The position numbers and the translations under genes are program-made. Under the pieces are notes generated by a model, which worked only from the letters and a program-made list of their open reading frames with translations, was not told the origin of the DNA and did no database searches. From an uncultured Methylomirabilota bacterium (GTDB lineage Bacteria > Methylomirabilota > Methylomirabilia > Methylomirabilales > 2-02-FULL-66-22), in the NCBI GenBank assembly GCA_963845565.1, contig CAWJSJ010000002.1, forward strand, positions 1,376,001 through 1,440,000: 64,000 bases of DNA. Reading direction: 5' to 3'. Every line of letters starts with the position of its first letter. The stretch's first letter is position 1. Below, in pieces: positions 9,949 through 23,814 of this stretch.

Positions 9949-10215
9949 CGAGGCTTGGGCATTTGGGCGGGGCACGGATCGCCGTTGCCGTCGCGCTATG
10001 GGACGCGCTGGGCCTCGCCGTTGGCTGCTCGAGAGACAACAACGCAAACGCAACGTCGGCGAAGGCCGGTACGCCGCAGGCGACCATCCGCTGAGTTGGC
10101 CCAGGCGAAGCGCTCTCTGGACGGATCACATGGATCGCCCCAGGATCAATCCCAAGACCGGAACTTTCGCCATCGAAGCTACCGTCTCCAGCCCGGATGA
10201 CGCGTTACAGAGGTG
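9945..10215 (+). pseudogene. Remnant of an efflux membrane-fusion lipoprotein gene
   Basis: GTGA overlap with tetR stop, lipobox-like LAVGC, then out-of-frame fragment RINPKTGTFAIEATV typical of the MFP beta-barrel. Confidence 0.5.
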
Positions 10216-10219
10216 ACAC

Positions 10220-11573
10220 ATGCAACGCTTCGAAAACGTGAATGCACGTGGCAACCTCCTTGTGGTGTCGCATCGTTCTGGCTTGCGGTCTATGGCTGGG
10301 TGGCTGCAACTCCTCGACATCCGCCCCGCCGCCCCCGGTGCGCCGGAGGTGGCCACCGTGAACGGTCCAGACGGAACGGGTTGTGCTCACCACCGAGTCT
10401 GCCGGGTCGGACCTCCGCGTACTCGATGGCGGAGATCCGTCCGCAGGTGGGCGGCATCATCCAGAAACGCCTGTTCGAGGAAGGGGCGGAGATCAAGGCC
10501 GGGCAGGTGCTGTACCAGATCGATCCCGCGCCCCTGCAGGCCGCCTACGACAATGCTGCGGCGAACCTCGCCGCCGCCCGCAAGGCCGCCGACCGGGCGC
10601 GGGCCGCCCTGGCGGCGAGCCGCGCCGGCGTGGTGCGGCAGCAGGCCGTCCTCGAGAACGCGCGCACGAACCGGAAGCGATTCGAGGATCTCTTGGCGGA
10701 AGGCGCGGTCTCCGCCAGCCAGCGCGACCAGGCCGTGACCGACGCCGAACGTGGCCGAGGCCACCCTCCGTCTCCACCGAGGCGCAGGTGGAGAGCGACC
10801 GGGAAGCGGTGGCTGTGGCCGAGGCGGCCATCCAGCAGGCGGAGGCGGCACTGGAGACGGCCCGAATCAATCTGGGATACACCCGCGTCACCGCGCCCAT
10901 CGCCGGCCGCATCGGGAAATCCAGGTGACCGTGGGGGCCCTGGTCACGGCGGGCCAGCCGACCCCCCTCTAGCCACCATCCAGCAGCTCGATCCCATCTA
11001 CGTGGACGTGACCGAGTCCAGCGCCAATCTGCTGCGGCTCAGACAGAACCTGGCCGAGCGGCCGGCTCAAGGGCAATGGCGCCCAGCAGGCCAAGGTGAA
11101 GCTGCTCCTCGAAGACGGCATCGCCCTACCCGCTGGAGGGGACGCTGAAGTTCTCCGATGTCACCGTGGATCCCAGCACCGGATCGTTCATTCTGCGCAC
11201 GGTATTTCCGAACCCACAGCATGTGCTGCTGCCCGGCATGTACGTGCGCGCCATCGTCCAGGAAGGGTCTGGTCGAGCAGGCCATCCTGGTTCCGCAGCA
11301 GTCGGTTTCCCGCGATCCGAAAGGGAATCCCGTCGCGCTGGTCGTGGATGGCTCGGAGAAGGTCGAGCAGCGGAAGATCGTGGTCGATCGTGCCATCGGC
11401 GACAAATGGCTGATCAGCGAGGGGCTGGAATCCGGGAGATCGCCTGATCGTCGAGGGAATTCAAAAAGTGCGGCCCGGCACCTCCGTGAAGGTGGTCCCG
11501 TTCGAATGCCGGGCGAGCAGGAGAATCGCCGGAGGCCGCGAAGACTGCCCAACCGGCCACCAAAGCGAAATAG
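10220..11573 (+). CDS. acrA: RND efflux periplasmic adaptor (AcrA/MexA-like), multiply frameshifted
   Basis: Fragments in different frames: LPGRTSAY, AEIRPQVGGII, LYQIDP, ARINLGYTRVTAPIAGRIG, QQLDPIYVDV, VDPSTGS, LLPGMYVRA. Confidence 0.85.
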
Positions 11574-11586
11574 ACGGAGGCCATTC

Positions 11587-14500
11587 ATGCTCTCGAAATT
11601 CTTCCTGGATCGCCCGGTCTTCGCCTGGGTGATCGCCATCATCATCATGCTGGTGGGCGGCCTCGCCATCTACAATCTGCCCGTCTCGCAGTATCCTCCC
11701 ATCGCTCCCCCGTCGATCTACATCCAGGCCTTCTATCCCGGCGCCTCGGCGGAGACCGTGGAGAACAGCGTGACCCAGATCATCGAGCAGAAGATGACCG
11801 GCCTCGACAAGATGATCTACCTGTCCGCCACCAGCGATTCGGCCGGAGGCGCCCGCCTCGAGCTGACCTTCGCCCCGGGGACCGATCCGGACCTCGCCTG
11901 GTCCAAGGTGCAGAACAAGCTCCAACTCGCCATGGCCAGCCTGCCCGAGGTGGTCCAGCGCCAGGGGGTCACGGTCGGCAAGGCCACCCGGAACTATCTG
12001 ATCATCGTGGGCCTGATCTCGGAAGACGGCAGCATGGACGGCAACGACCTGCAGGGACTATGCCCAGTCCAACCTGGAGAAGGTGCTGGCCCGGGTGCCC
12101 GGCGTGGGCGAGGTGGAGAACTTCGGCTCCCAGTATGCCATGCGCATCTGGCTGAACCCCGACAGGCTGATCGATTACCGCCTGACGATCGAGGACGTTC
12201 TCGCGGCGCTCAAGTCCTACAACGTGGAGGTCTCGGCCGGCCAGTTCGGCGGGGCGCCGGCGGTGAAAGGGCAGCGCCTGAACGCCTCCATCATCGTGCA
12301 GAGCATGCTGAAGACCCCCGAGGAGTTCGCCGCCATTCCCGTCCGCATCAATCCGGACGGCTCCATCGTCCGGATCAAGGATGTGGGACGGGCGGAGCTG
12401 GGAACCGACGCCTACGATATCGAGGCCTTCTACAACGGCAAACCCTCCGCCGGCATGGCCATCCGGCAGGCGGCGGGCGCGAACGCCCTGGATACGGCCG
12501 ATGCGGTCAAGGCCAAGATGACGGAGATGAGCCGCTACTTCCCTCCGGGGATGAAGGTCGTCTATCCCTACGACACCACCCCCTTCGTCAGGGTGGCCAT
12601 CGAGGAGGTGGTCAAGACCCTCTTCGAGGCCATCCTGCTGGTGTTCCTGGTCATGTGGCTGTTCATGGGGAACATCCGGGCCACCCTGATCCCGACCATC
12701 GCGGTGCCGGTGGTGCTCCTGGGGACCTTCGCCGTGCTGGGGTTCTTCGGCTTCTCCATCAACATGCTGACCATGTTCGCCATGGTGCTCTCCATCGGTC
12801 TTCTGGTGGACGATGCCATCGTGGTGGTGGAGAACGTGGAACGGATCATGAGCGAGGAAGGGCTTTCGCCGAAGGAGGCCACGCCGGAAGTCCATGGAGC
12901 AGATCACCAGCGCCCTGATCGGCATCGGGCTGGTGCTCTCGGCGGTCTTCGGCCCCATGGCCTTCTTCGGCGGCTCGACCGGCGTCATCTATCGCCAGTT
13001 CTCCGTGACCATCATCGCCTCCATGCTCCTCTCGGTGGTGGTGGCCTTGATCCTGACGCCCGTCCTCTGCGCCTCGCTCCTCAAGCCGGTGCAGGCCGGG
13101 CACGAGCCCGCGGAGAATGCCATCTGGTTCCTGCGGCCCTTCTTCGCCTGGTTCGACCGCGTCTTCTTCCGGCTCCGCGACCGGTACGTCAAGATCGTCG
13201 AACGCTCCTTCTCCAGGAAGCTGCGCTACGCCGTCGTCTATGTCGTGATCGTGGCGGCCGTGGGATTCCTCTTCCTTCGCCTGCCCACGTCCTACGTTCC
13301 CGACGAAGATCAGGGGATCCTGCTCTCCAAGGTCATGCTGCCCACCGGCTCCACCCTGGAGCAGACCAAGCAGGTCGTGCTCAGACGTGCAGCGGCATTT
13401 CCAGGAGAACGAGAAAGAGGCGGTGGAATCCTGCATGACGATTTCCGGCATCGGCTTCTCCGGACGGGCCCAGACCAACGGCCTGGTCTTCGTCAAGCTC
13501 AAGGATTGGCATCTCCGCAATCGGCCGGACCTGAAGGTGAAGGCCATTGCGGAACGGGCCACGAAGGCCTTCTCCCAGATCCGCAACGCCCTGGTGTTCG
13601 CCTTCCCGCCCCCGTCGGTGATCGAGCTGGGAACCGCCACCGGGTTCGACTTCCAGCTCCTGGACCGGGGCGGACTCGGCCACGAGAAGCTGATGGAGGC
13701 CCGCAACCAGCTCCTCGGCATGGCGGCCAAGGACGCGCGCCTGACCAAGGTCCGGCCCAACGGCATGGAGGATGTGCCCGAATACCGGGTGGACGTGGAC
13801 TGGGAACGAGCCGGCGCCCTCGGGGTCCCCATCACCTCCATCCACAACACCATCTCGGCGGCCTTCGGCAGCGCCTATGTCAACAACTTCATCCAGGGCG
13901 GGCGGGTCAAGCGGGTCTTCCTCCAGGCGGACGCCCCCTACCGCATGCTGCCCAAAGACATCGAGAAGCTCTACGTGCGGAATACCACGGGGAAGATGGT
14001 CCCCTTCTCGCTCTTTCGCCACCGCCCACTGGTCGAGCTGGCTCCCCACGGCTCGAGCGCTTCAATGGCTTTCCGTCCATGAACATCCAGGGGGAGCCGG
14101 CACCGGGGAAGAGCTCCGGTGAGGCGATGCAGGCCATGGAAGAGATCGTCGCGAAACTGCCCCAGGGGATCGGCTATGAATGGACCGGGCTCTCCTATCA
14201 GGAGCGGATGGCGAAGCTCGCAGGCGCCCCTGCTGTATGCCTTTTCCGTCATCGTCATCTTCCTGTGCGTGGCGGCCCTGTACGAGAGCTGGCCGATCCC
14301 GATCGCCAATCTGCTGATGCTGCCCTTGGGCGTATTCGGTGCGGCGCTGGCCACCTGGTCGCGGGGCATGCACAACGATGTCTATTTCCAGATCGGGTTT
14401 CTCACCACGCTCGGCCTGACGACCAAGAACGCCATCCTGATCATCCAGTTCGCCCAGGAGCGGATGGCGCACGGAGAAGGACTGATCGAGGCGACCCTGG

Positions 14501-14772
14501 GGGCGGTCCGGGTGAGATTCCGACCGGTCATCATGACCTCGCTGGCGTTTTTCTTCGGCGTCCTGCCGCTGGCCATCGCCACGGGCGCCGGTGCCGGCGC
14601 CATGAAGGCCATCGGCACCGCCGTGACCGGCGGGATGCTCTCCGCCACCTTCATCGATCTCTTTTACATCCCGCTGCTCTTTGTCGTCGTGTCCCGGCTC
14701 TTCGGAGGAAAGCAACCCCAGACAATCGGTGGGCAACATCCTGATGCCCTCGGGTCGCAGCACGTGCAGTGA
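11587..14772 (+). CDS. acrB: RND efflux permease (AcrB/MexB-like), at least 5 frameshifts
   Basis: [58 protein letters not shown] across successive ORF fragments. Confidence 0.9.
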
Positions 14773-15159
14773 CCGGGATGGGGAAGAGCGGTACAACATT
14801 CCGGTCTTCTATATCGCTCTTCGACGATCTGCGGTGCCTGCCCGGATGCGGCCCTTCGGACATCCGGGACCCAGCCCGCGCACGCCTCCGTCTGGGCCAC
14901 GACGGTCCCAAGGTCTGATTGACCGCCTTCGCTTAGAGTGATATCGCTTAGGGGAATAAAGGCCGACGGCGCTTCGTCCGAAACCGGCCGGGTCGAGTCT
15001 GTGCTGGTGTGTCCGCAATTCCGCGGATGTCTTGTAGAATCGTCTAGGTCTTCCATTTCACTATCTCGGGACTCGGCCCGCAACCGCTCGGGGCGGTGCG
15101 CGGAGAGGCGAGAGGTGGGCGACTGGGTCAGACGACGGAGGGTGCGATCATGACCAAGC

Positions 15160-17910
<2,751 letters not shown>

Positions 17911-18125
17911 CCGCCGCCAGCGCGGAGGGATAAGCGGACGGGAGCGGCCGGCGTCACGGCGGCGCGGTGTTCACACACGCCCTGCAGGAAGCCGCAGTCC
18001 TGGATGCGCTGCAGGCGGCGAACCGACTTCGGATCGAGGAGGGGAGGCTCCTCTTGGAGAGCGCGAATGGCGGGACTCGATTGACGTTCGCGCGGTGACC
18101 TTGACGGTGGAAGGAGGCGACCACC

Positions 18126-19604
18126 ATGAACTGGCCGAAGCATCCCGTCATCTACGAGATCAACACCTGGGTGTGGCTGTATGAGATCAGCCAGAGACTC
18201 GGCCGGCCGGTCACCCTGGGGAGCGTGCCCGCGGAGAACTGGGATGCGCTCGGTGAACTTCAGGCGGACGCCGTCTGGTTGATGGGCGTGTGGGAACGCA
18301 GCCCGATCGGCCTCGGCATCGCCCGGACCCACGCGGGATTGCAGATCGATTTCCGGCGGGCCTTGCCCGACTTCGCGCCGACGGACAACGTGGGGTCGCC
18401 CTACTGCATCCGCCGTTACGCAGTGGATGCGCACCTCGGCGGCCCAGGCGGCTTGGCGGCGGCGCGGAAGGAGCTCGCCGTTCGCGGGCTGCGGCTGATG
18501 CTGGATTTCGTGCCCAACCACGTTGCGCCGGATCACGCTTGGGTGGCGGCGCATCCCGAGTACTTCATCCGGGGGACCGTCGCGGATCTGGCGCGCGCGC
18601 CGGGACACTTCTTCGAAGCCGACGGTGCGGTCTTTGCGTGTGGGCGCGATCCGTACTTTCCCCCGTGGCAGGACGTCCTGCAGCTCAACGCGTTCTCGCC
18701 GGCGTTGCGCCAGGCGGCCGTCCAGGCACTCCACGACATTGCAAACCAGTGCGACGGGGTGCGCTGCGACATGGCCATGCTGCTGATCAACCGGGTCTTC
18801 GAGCAGACCTGGGGCGCTCGGGCGGGCCAGGCTCCTGCCGGCGAGTACTGGCGCGAGGTGGTTTCCGCGATCCGGGCGCACCACCCCGGGTTCCTGTTCA
18901 TGGCCGAGGCGTACTGGGACCTGGAGTGGGAGCTCCAGCAGCAGGGCTTCGATTATTGCTACGACAAACGCTTGTACGACAGACTGGAGCACGACTTCGC
19001 CGAGCAGATCCGGCTCCACCTCGCGGCCGACCTCGCCTACCAGGAAAAACTGGTCCGCTTCATCGAGAATCACGACGAGCCCCGGGCGGCGGCCACCTTC
19101 GTGGAGTGCAAGGCGCGGGCCGCAGCCACAACGATCCTCACGCTGCCGGGGGCGAAACTGCTCCACGAGGGGCAACTCGACGGCCGGCGCGTCAAGCTCC
19201 CCGTTCAGCTCGCGCGGCGGCCGGCGGAGCCGCCCGACGCCGACCTCCAGGAGTTCTATGCTCGCCTGCTTCGCGTCATTCGCACGCCGGCCCTCCGCGA
19301 CGGGGAGTGGCGGCTCTGCGAGCGCAGCGGGTGGCCGGACAATCAGAGCTGTCTCAACCTGGTCGCCTGGTGCTGGCGCCTGGGAGACGACCGCCGTCTG
19401 ATCGTCGTCAATTTGTCGGAGGAGTCGTCACAGGGTCTGATCAGAGTACCCTGGGATGACCTGGCAGACCGTTCGTGGCGGCTCGCCGACCTGCTGACGC
19501 AGTCCGTGTATGAGCGGAACGGTATGGAAATGCAGGACGCAGGGCTGTATGTAGACCTCGGCCCCTGGCGCGCCCATTTTCTGGCGTTCAATGCCCGCCC
19601 CTGA
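18126..19604 (+). CDS. GH13 alpha-amylase family glycoside hydrolase
   Basis: LDFVPNH, DGVRCDMA, FMAEAY, FIENHDE conserved regions I-IV. Confidence 0.9.
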   Translation: MNWPKHPVIYEINTWVWLYEISQRLGRPVTLGSVPAENWDALGELQADAVWLMGVWERSPIGLGIARTHAGLQIDFRRALPDFAPTDNVGSPYCIRRYAVDAHLGGPGGLAAARKELAVRGLRLMLDFVPNHVAPDHAWVAAHPEYFIRGTVADLARAPGHFFEADGAVFACGRDPYFPPWQDVLQLNAFSPALRQAAVQALHDIANQCDGVRCDMAMLLINRVFEQTWGARAGQAPAGEYWREVVSAIRAHHPGFLFMAEAYWDLEWELQQQGFDYCYDKRLYDRLEHDFAEQIRLHLAADLAYQEKLVRFIENHDEPRAAATFVECKARAAATTILTLPGAKLLHEGQLDGRRVKLPVQLARRPAEPPDADLQEFYARLLRVIRTPALRDGEWRLCERSGWPDNQSCLNLVAWCWRLGDDRRLIVVNLSEESSQGLIRVPWDDLADRSWRLADLLTQSVYERNGMEMQDAGLYVDLGPWRAHFLAFNARP

Positions 19605-19635
19605 GGCGAGCGGGCCCAGAAGGAAGGCAGAATTG

Positions 19636-22110
19636 GTGACCAAGATGACCTGGGGACGGTGTTGGTGGGCACGGCACGTGTTCGCGTGTGTCGGCGTGGG
19701 CCTCTCTGTGTGGTTGGGCGGCCTCGCCCTCGCCCAGCAATCACCGCCCTCCGGGCCGGACACGGCGGCGATCCCTCTCGTGGACCTTCCTGGCCGCGCC
19801 GAAGAGGCCGAGAGGCTACTCAAGGAGGCGGAAGCCCGGGCCACAGTGCCCAGCGAGGTGCAAGCCATCGAGGCCAGGGTCCCGGAGACCGCGGCCAGAC
19901 TCAAGGAGGGGCTTGCCTCGATCCAGGAACGGCTGCAAGCGGGCCTGCCTCTGGCACAGCTCGAGCTGGTCACCACGGAATGGGGCGGGGTTCGGGCGGA
20001 CATCGCCGCCGAACTCGCCACCCTCGCAAAGCGGGCCGGGCAACTGGACCGAGACCTCGACCAGATCCGTGGACTTCGCACGGAGTGGGAGCGTGCGCGC
20101 GAGGATGCCCGGAAAGGGAAGGCACCGCGGTCGCTCTTGGATCGGATCGAGCTGATCCTGGTCCGAGCACGGACCGTTCAAGGGGAGATGGAGTCCCGTC
20201 GCGCCAACCTGCTGATCCTCCAGGGCCGCGTGTCCCAGGGCCAACGACTCTGTGACGACCTGTTGGACCGACTTGCCGATGCCAAGCGGGCGCGGGTGGA
20301 CGAGCTGAACGTGAAGGACGCGCCACCCGTGTGGAGTCCGAGACTCTGGACTGGCGTCTGGAACGAGCTGTCGTCTGGGATTGGCGGGCTGGTCATCGGG
20401 GGCGGTGAACCGCTGCGGACGGCACTTTTCCGGGGCGACTGGCGACCGACGATTCATCTCTTCCTTCTCGGCGTCTTGCTCATCGTCTTCGTGCGGTTGC
20501 GAGGCATGACCCGCGCGTGGTCCGATGCGGAGCGACCGGCCATCCTGTCGTCCTCGATTCTTGAGCGGCCGATCTCCTCGGCGCTGGTCGTCTGGTTGTT
20601 GCTCAGCCCGGCGATCTATTCCCGAGAATCCTGGGCCGTGCTGTACCTGGTCAGCATCCTCAGCGCCGTGCCGGTCATGCGAGTGGCCAGATACGCCGCG
20701 CCCACCGCGACGGAGATCAACCCGTATGTCTTTGCCGCGCTCTTCATGGTGGATCGCATACGCGTGCTCCTGCCGGACACCACGTTTCTGGACCAGGTGA
20801 TCTTCCTCGCGGAGATGACGGCGGCGGCACTGCTTGCCTTCTGGGCCTTCCGAACCTCCGGGCTGGGCGGCCGCAAGACCGCACGCGCCAACGGCACCTC
20901 CGGGCCGGGCCTGGCAACCATGTTCCGGTTGGGATTCCTCGTCATGGGCTTTGCCGCGCTGGTCGGTGGGCTGGGATTCATGGATCTGGCCCGACTCGCG
21001 GGCATGGGCGCCCTCGGGAGTTGCTTTGCCGGATTGGCGATCGTTGCGGGCATCCACATCGCCAGGGGGCTCATTTCCTGTGCGCTCCATCTCTGGCCGC
21101 TACGCCAACTGGCATCGGTCGCCCGCCATCGCGCCCGTCTGGAGGGATTGGCCGGTCGCGTCCTGACCTGGATCGGGGTCATCGCCTGGTCGCTCGCGTC
21201 GTTTCGCGCGTTCACTGTTCTGGACGACGCGGTGGGGCTGTTACGCCCGATCCTCTTGACGGAATGGGGATGGGGCGCCGTGCGGATGTCCCTGGGGGAC
21301 CTGCTCCTCTTCACGCTGGTGGCCTGGCTGTCCTTCGTGGTATCCAACGGTATCCGGTTCCTGCTGGAGGAAGACGTCTTTCCCCGGGTCCAACTCGCGA
21401 AGGGGCTGCCTCTGGCGCTATCGCGGATGGCCCAGTATGCGATCCTGTTCGTCGGGTTCTCCATGGCGCTGGGCGTCCTCGGCCTGGATCTGACCAAGGT
21501 GACGATCCTGGCGGGTGCGGTCGGTGTCGGCGTCGGGTTCGGACTCCAGACCATCGTCAACAACTTCATCTCCGGTCTGATCCTCCTCTTCGAGCGGCCC
21601 ATCCGCGTCGGGGACGCCATCCAGATCGGGGAGTTTCAGGGCGAAGTGCGCCGCATCGGCATTCGTGCGAGCACGGTGCGGACCTGGGAAGGCGCCGACG
21701 TGATCGTCCCGAATTCGCATCTCGTCTCGGAGCGCGTAGCCAACTGGACATTCGCGGAGCCCATGCGGCGGATGGACATCCGGGTCGGCGTGGCATACGG
21801 CACGGACCCCCAGCGAATGATCGATCTGCTGCTCCGGGTGGCGGCGGAACACGCGAAGGTGCTGCGCGAGCCAGGACCGGTGGCCCTCTTTCTCGGGTTC
21901 GGGGAGAGCGCCTTGAATTTCGAGCTGCGGGCCTGGACGGACTGGGTCGGCGAATGGGTGCTGATTCGGAGCGAGCTCACGGTTGCCGTGAACGCGGCGT
22001 TGGCCAAAGCCGGGATCGCCATCCCATTCCCGCAGCGGGACGTCAGGGTGCGGATGGTGGGGGAGGTACCACCCGGTCCGGCGGCAGGCGACACAGGCAC
22101 AGGCGGTTAG
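19636..22110 (+). CDS. Large MscS/MscK-like mechanosensitive channel
   Basis: Signal peptide, periplasmic coiled coil, multiple TMs, GVGFGLQTIVNNFISGLILLFERPIRVGD, IPFPQRD; start approximate. Confidence 0.88.
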   Translation: MTKMTWGRCWWARHVFACVGVGLSVWLGGLALAQQSPPSGPDTAAIPLVDLPGRAEEAERLLKEAEARATVPSEVQAIEARVPETAARLKEGLASIQERLQAGLPLAQLELVTTEWGGVRADIAAELATLAKRAGQLDRDLDQIRGLRTEWERAREDARKGKAPRSLLDRIELILVRARTVQGEMESRRANLLILQGRVSQGQRLCDDLLDRLADAKRARVDELNVKDAPPVWSPRLWTGVWNELSSGIGGLVIGGGEPLRTALFRGDWRPTIHLFLLGVLLIVFVRLRGMTRAWSDAERPAILSSSILERPISSALVVWLLLSPAIYSRESWAVLYLVSILSAVPVMRVARYAAPTATEINPYVFAALFMVDRIRVLLPDTTFLDQVIFLAEMTAAALLAFWAFRTSGLGGRKTARANGTSGPGLATMFRLGFLVMGFAALVGGLGFMDLARLAGMGALGSCFAGLAIVAGIHIARGLISCALHLWPLRQLASVARHRARLEGLAGRVLTWIGVIAWSLASFRAFTVLDDAVGLLRPILLTEWGWGAVRMSLGDLLLFTLVAWLSFVVSNGIRFLLEEDVFPRVQLAKGLPLALSRMAQYAILFVGFSMALGVLGLDLTKVTILAGAVGVGVGFGLQTIVNNFISGLILLFERPIRVGDAIQIGEFQGEVRRIGIRASTVRTWEGADVIVPNSHLVSERVANWTFAEPMRRMDIRVGVAYGTDPQRMIDLLLRVAAEHAKVLREPGPVALFLGFGESALNFELRAWTDWVGEWVLIRSELTVAVNAALAKAGIAIPFPQRDVRVRMVGEVPPGPAAGDTGTGG

Positions 22111-22212
22111 GAGCCGTTACGAAATAACCTGTCCAATTCATGTAATTTCGTTTCGGCTCCTTATGCCGTTTCCGAAATTTCTCCGGGCAAGTTATTTTTT
22201 GACAACGGCTTA
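22107..22212 (+). repeat. Family-1 ~105 bp double-hairpin repeat, copy B
   Basis: TTAGGAGCCGTTACGAAAT...ATTTCGTTTCGGCTCCTTATGCCGTTTCCGAAAT...GACAACGGCTTA; fills the gap between the convergent stops of mscS and thyX. Confidence 0.9.
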
Positions 22213-23733
22213 GAGCCGAGCCAGCGAGTAGTCCTGCAAGTCAACCCGGATGAAGCGGGCGAGGAGCGGGTGGACGCGCTCCAGTTCCCGGAAAACCTGG
22301 TGGGCGATGCGTCGGTAGGCCTCGTGGCCCTGACGACCCGAGCGGAGCTGGACGAAGTGATGGATCTCGCGCAGGTTCCAGGTGAAGAGCGCACGCTTCT
22401 TGTAGGCAAGGGGCAGGACGTACTGGGCCTCCCGCGGAAGGTCAGCGGCGATGGCGGCGTACGCGGCGGAGGCCTCGTCCATGCGCGCGCGGTACGCGTC
22501 CGTGAGGCCGTACCGCGCGATCTCGGGCGGCGTGCCGTACCCGTGGAGCGCCGTGGTCTCCTGGGGAGTCTGGGTGACCATCCGGTGCCGCTGGATGTCG
22601 CGATAGGCGCCGAAATCCACCAGGATGTCGAAGGTGTACGTCAGGTGCTCCAGGGCGCGTAACGGCTGGTCGTAAGGCCCACGGCGCTTCAGGTACTCGT
22701 CGAGAATCCGGATCTTCTCTTCCTTCGCGAGGGCGCGCACGCGGGCGTCGATCTGGACCAACGGGTGGGCCGCGTACCCGTACAGGAGGGCGGCCACCAA
22801 CTGGTCCTCGGCATCCGCGGGGTAACGAACCAGCGTGGCCTCCGCGCTGCCCGTCGGCGGCGTCCCGTCGAGGGCGTCCGTCGCACAACTCTCCATGGCC
22901 CGCCGGGTCTCCACCAGATACGGATTCACATCGGCATACTTGATCAATGTCGGAATGATCTGCTGCGCCTCGGCCTTTATGGCGGCCCCGACCTGCTGCG
23001 CCTCGGCAAGGGGGTGAGACAGGAGCTTACCGATCAACTGCTCGAGGGCGCGACCGTTGATCGTCATGCCGATATTGGTCAGGGTGGCGGCCGGCAAGAG
23101 GTAGCGCAGGACGTCGCACGCCTTGGCGCGGCAGGCATTTTCGAATGCCCGGTCGCTCTGCTTTGCGCCGCGCGGCGCGTCCTTCATGATCGCGGCGACG
23201 AGCGGTTCGGTCAGACGAGTGTAGGTGTCGAGGAGTGCGCCGCACGTCTCCTGGTAGCGCCGCGCGTGCGGCGAATTCAAAATGCTCGGCTCGCGGTAGA
23301 ATTTGTCGCGATCGAAGACCACGTACCGGGTGGATTTCTCGGTGTAGGAGGCGAGGCGGGCGTCCTCCACGATCTTGCTCGCGACGATGGAGACGTCCTC
23401 GATAGCCAGATGAGCCACGGCGTGTTCGGCGACCGAGGCGTGACCGTAACCCACCACCCACTTCTCGTGGAACTCCCGGGCTTTCCGCTTGGCCGAGACG
23501 AGATCGTCCTGGGCGAGGTCCGCCCAGCGAAGGCGGCGATCCAGGTCGAGGTCTTGCTCCTGGATCAGCTTGAGGAGATTCCGCCGCAGGCTCTCGCGGC
23601 TTCGGCTGTAATAGGCGAACAGGACCGCCACCACCTCTTCGGGCAGGTTTCGCAGGGCGAAGATCGGCCGCTCCACGTTGGTCACGTAGGGCTGCAGGAT
23701 CGCGATCTCGTCGGGTGCGAACGTCTCGCTCAT
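22210..23733 (-). CDS. thyX: FAD-dependent thymidylate synthase, tandem two-domain form
   Basis: 507 aa; GYGHASVAEH, YTEKSTRY, LRYLLP in domain 1; RDIQRHRM, QYVLP, QLRS in domain 2. Confidence 0.85.
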   Translation of the reverse strand: MSETFAPDEIAILQPYVTNVERPIFALRNLPEEVVAVLFAYYSRSRESLRRNLLKLIQEQDLDLDRRLRWADLAQDDLVSAKRKAREFHEKWVVGYGHASVAEHAVAHLAIEDVSIVASKIVEDARLASYTEKSTRYVVFDRDKFYREPSILNSPHARRYQETCGALLDTYTRLTEPLVAAIMKDAPRGAKQSDRAFENACRAKACDVLRYLLPAATLTNIGMTINGRALEQLIGKLLSHPLAEAQQVGAAIKAEAQQIIPTLIKYADVNPYLVETRRAMESCATDALDGTPPTGSAEATLVRYPADAEDQLVAALLYGYAAHPLVQIDARVRALAKEEKIRILDEYLKRRGPYDQPLRALEHLTYTFDILVDFGAYRDIQRHRMVTQTPQETTALHGYGTPPEIARYGLTDAYRARMDEASAAYAAIAADLPREAQYVLPLAYKKRALFTWNLREIHHFVQLRSGRQGHEAYRRIAHQVFRELERVHPLLARFIRVDLQDYSLARL

Positions 23734-23747
23734 CCGGTATCGCCTGC

Positions 23748-23814
23748 TACGCCGTCGTCAACGTATGACGCGACCGGAGGAATTCCAGAGACAGCATATC
23801 GTAACGGCTCCTAA
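23748..23814 (-). repeat. Family-1 repeat, degenerate internally deleted copy D
   Basis: Minus strand TTAGGAGCCGTTACGA joined to TATGCTGTCTCTGGAATTCCTCCGGTCGCGTCATACGTTGACGACGGCGTA, which matches the second module of copies B/C. Confidence 0.7.

Noticed and set aside
14773..15159. 390-bp intergenic region as a possible RNA or small gene
   Set aside because: No convincing SD-led ORF, repeat or strong helix seen
22107..22212. Integron attC sites for the family-1 repeats
   Set aside because: No clean RYYYAAC...GTTRRRY boxes, mixed orientations, no integrase, and flanking genes are not a cassette array
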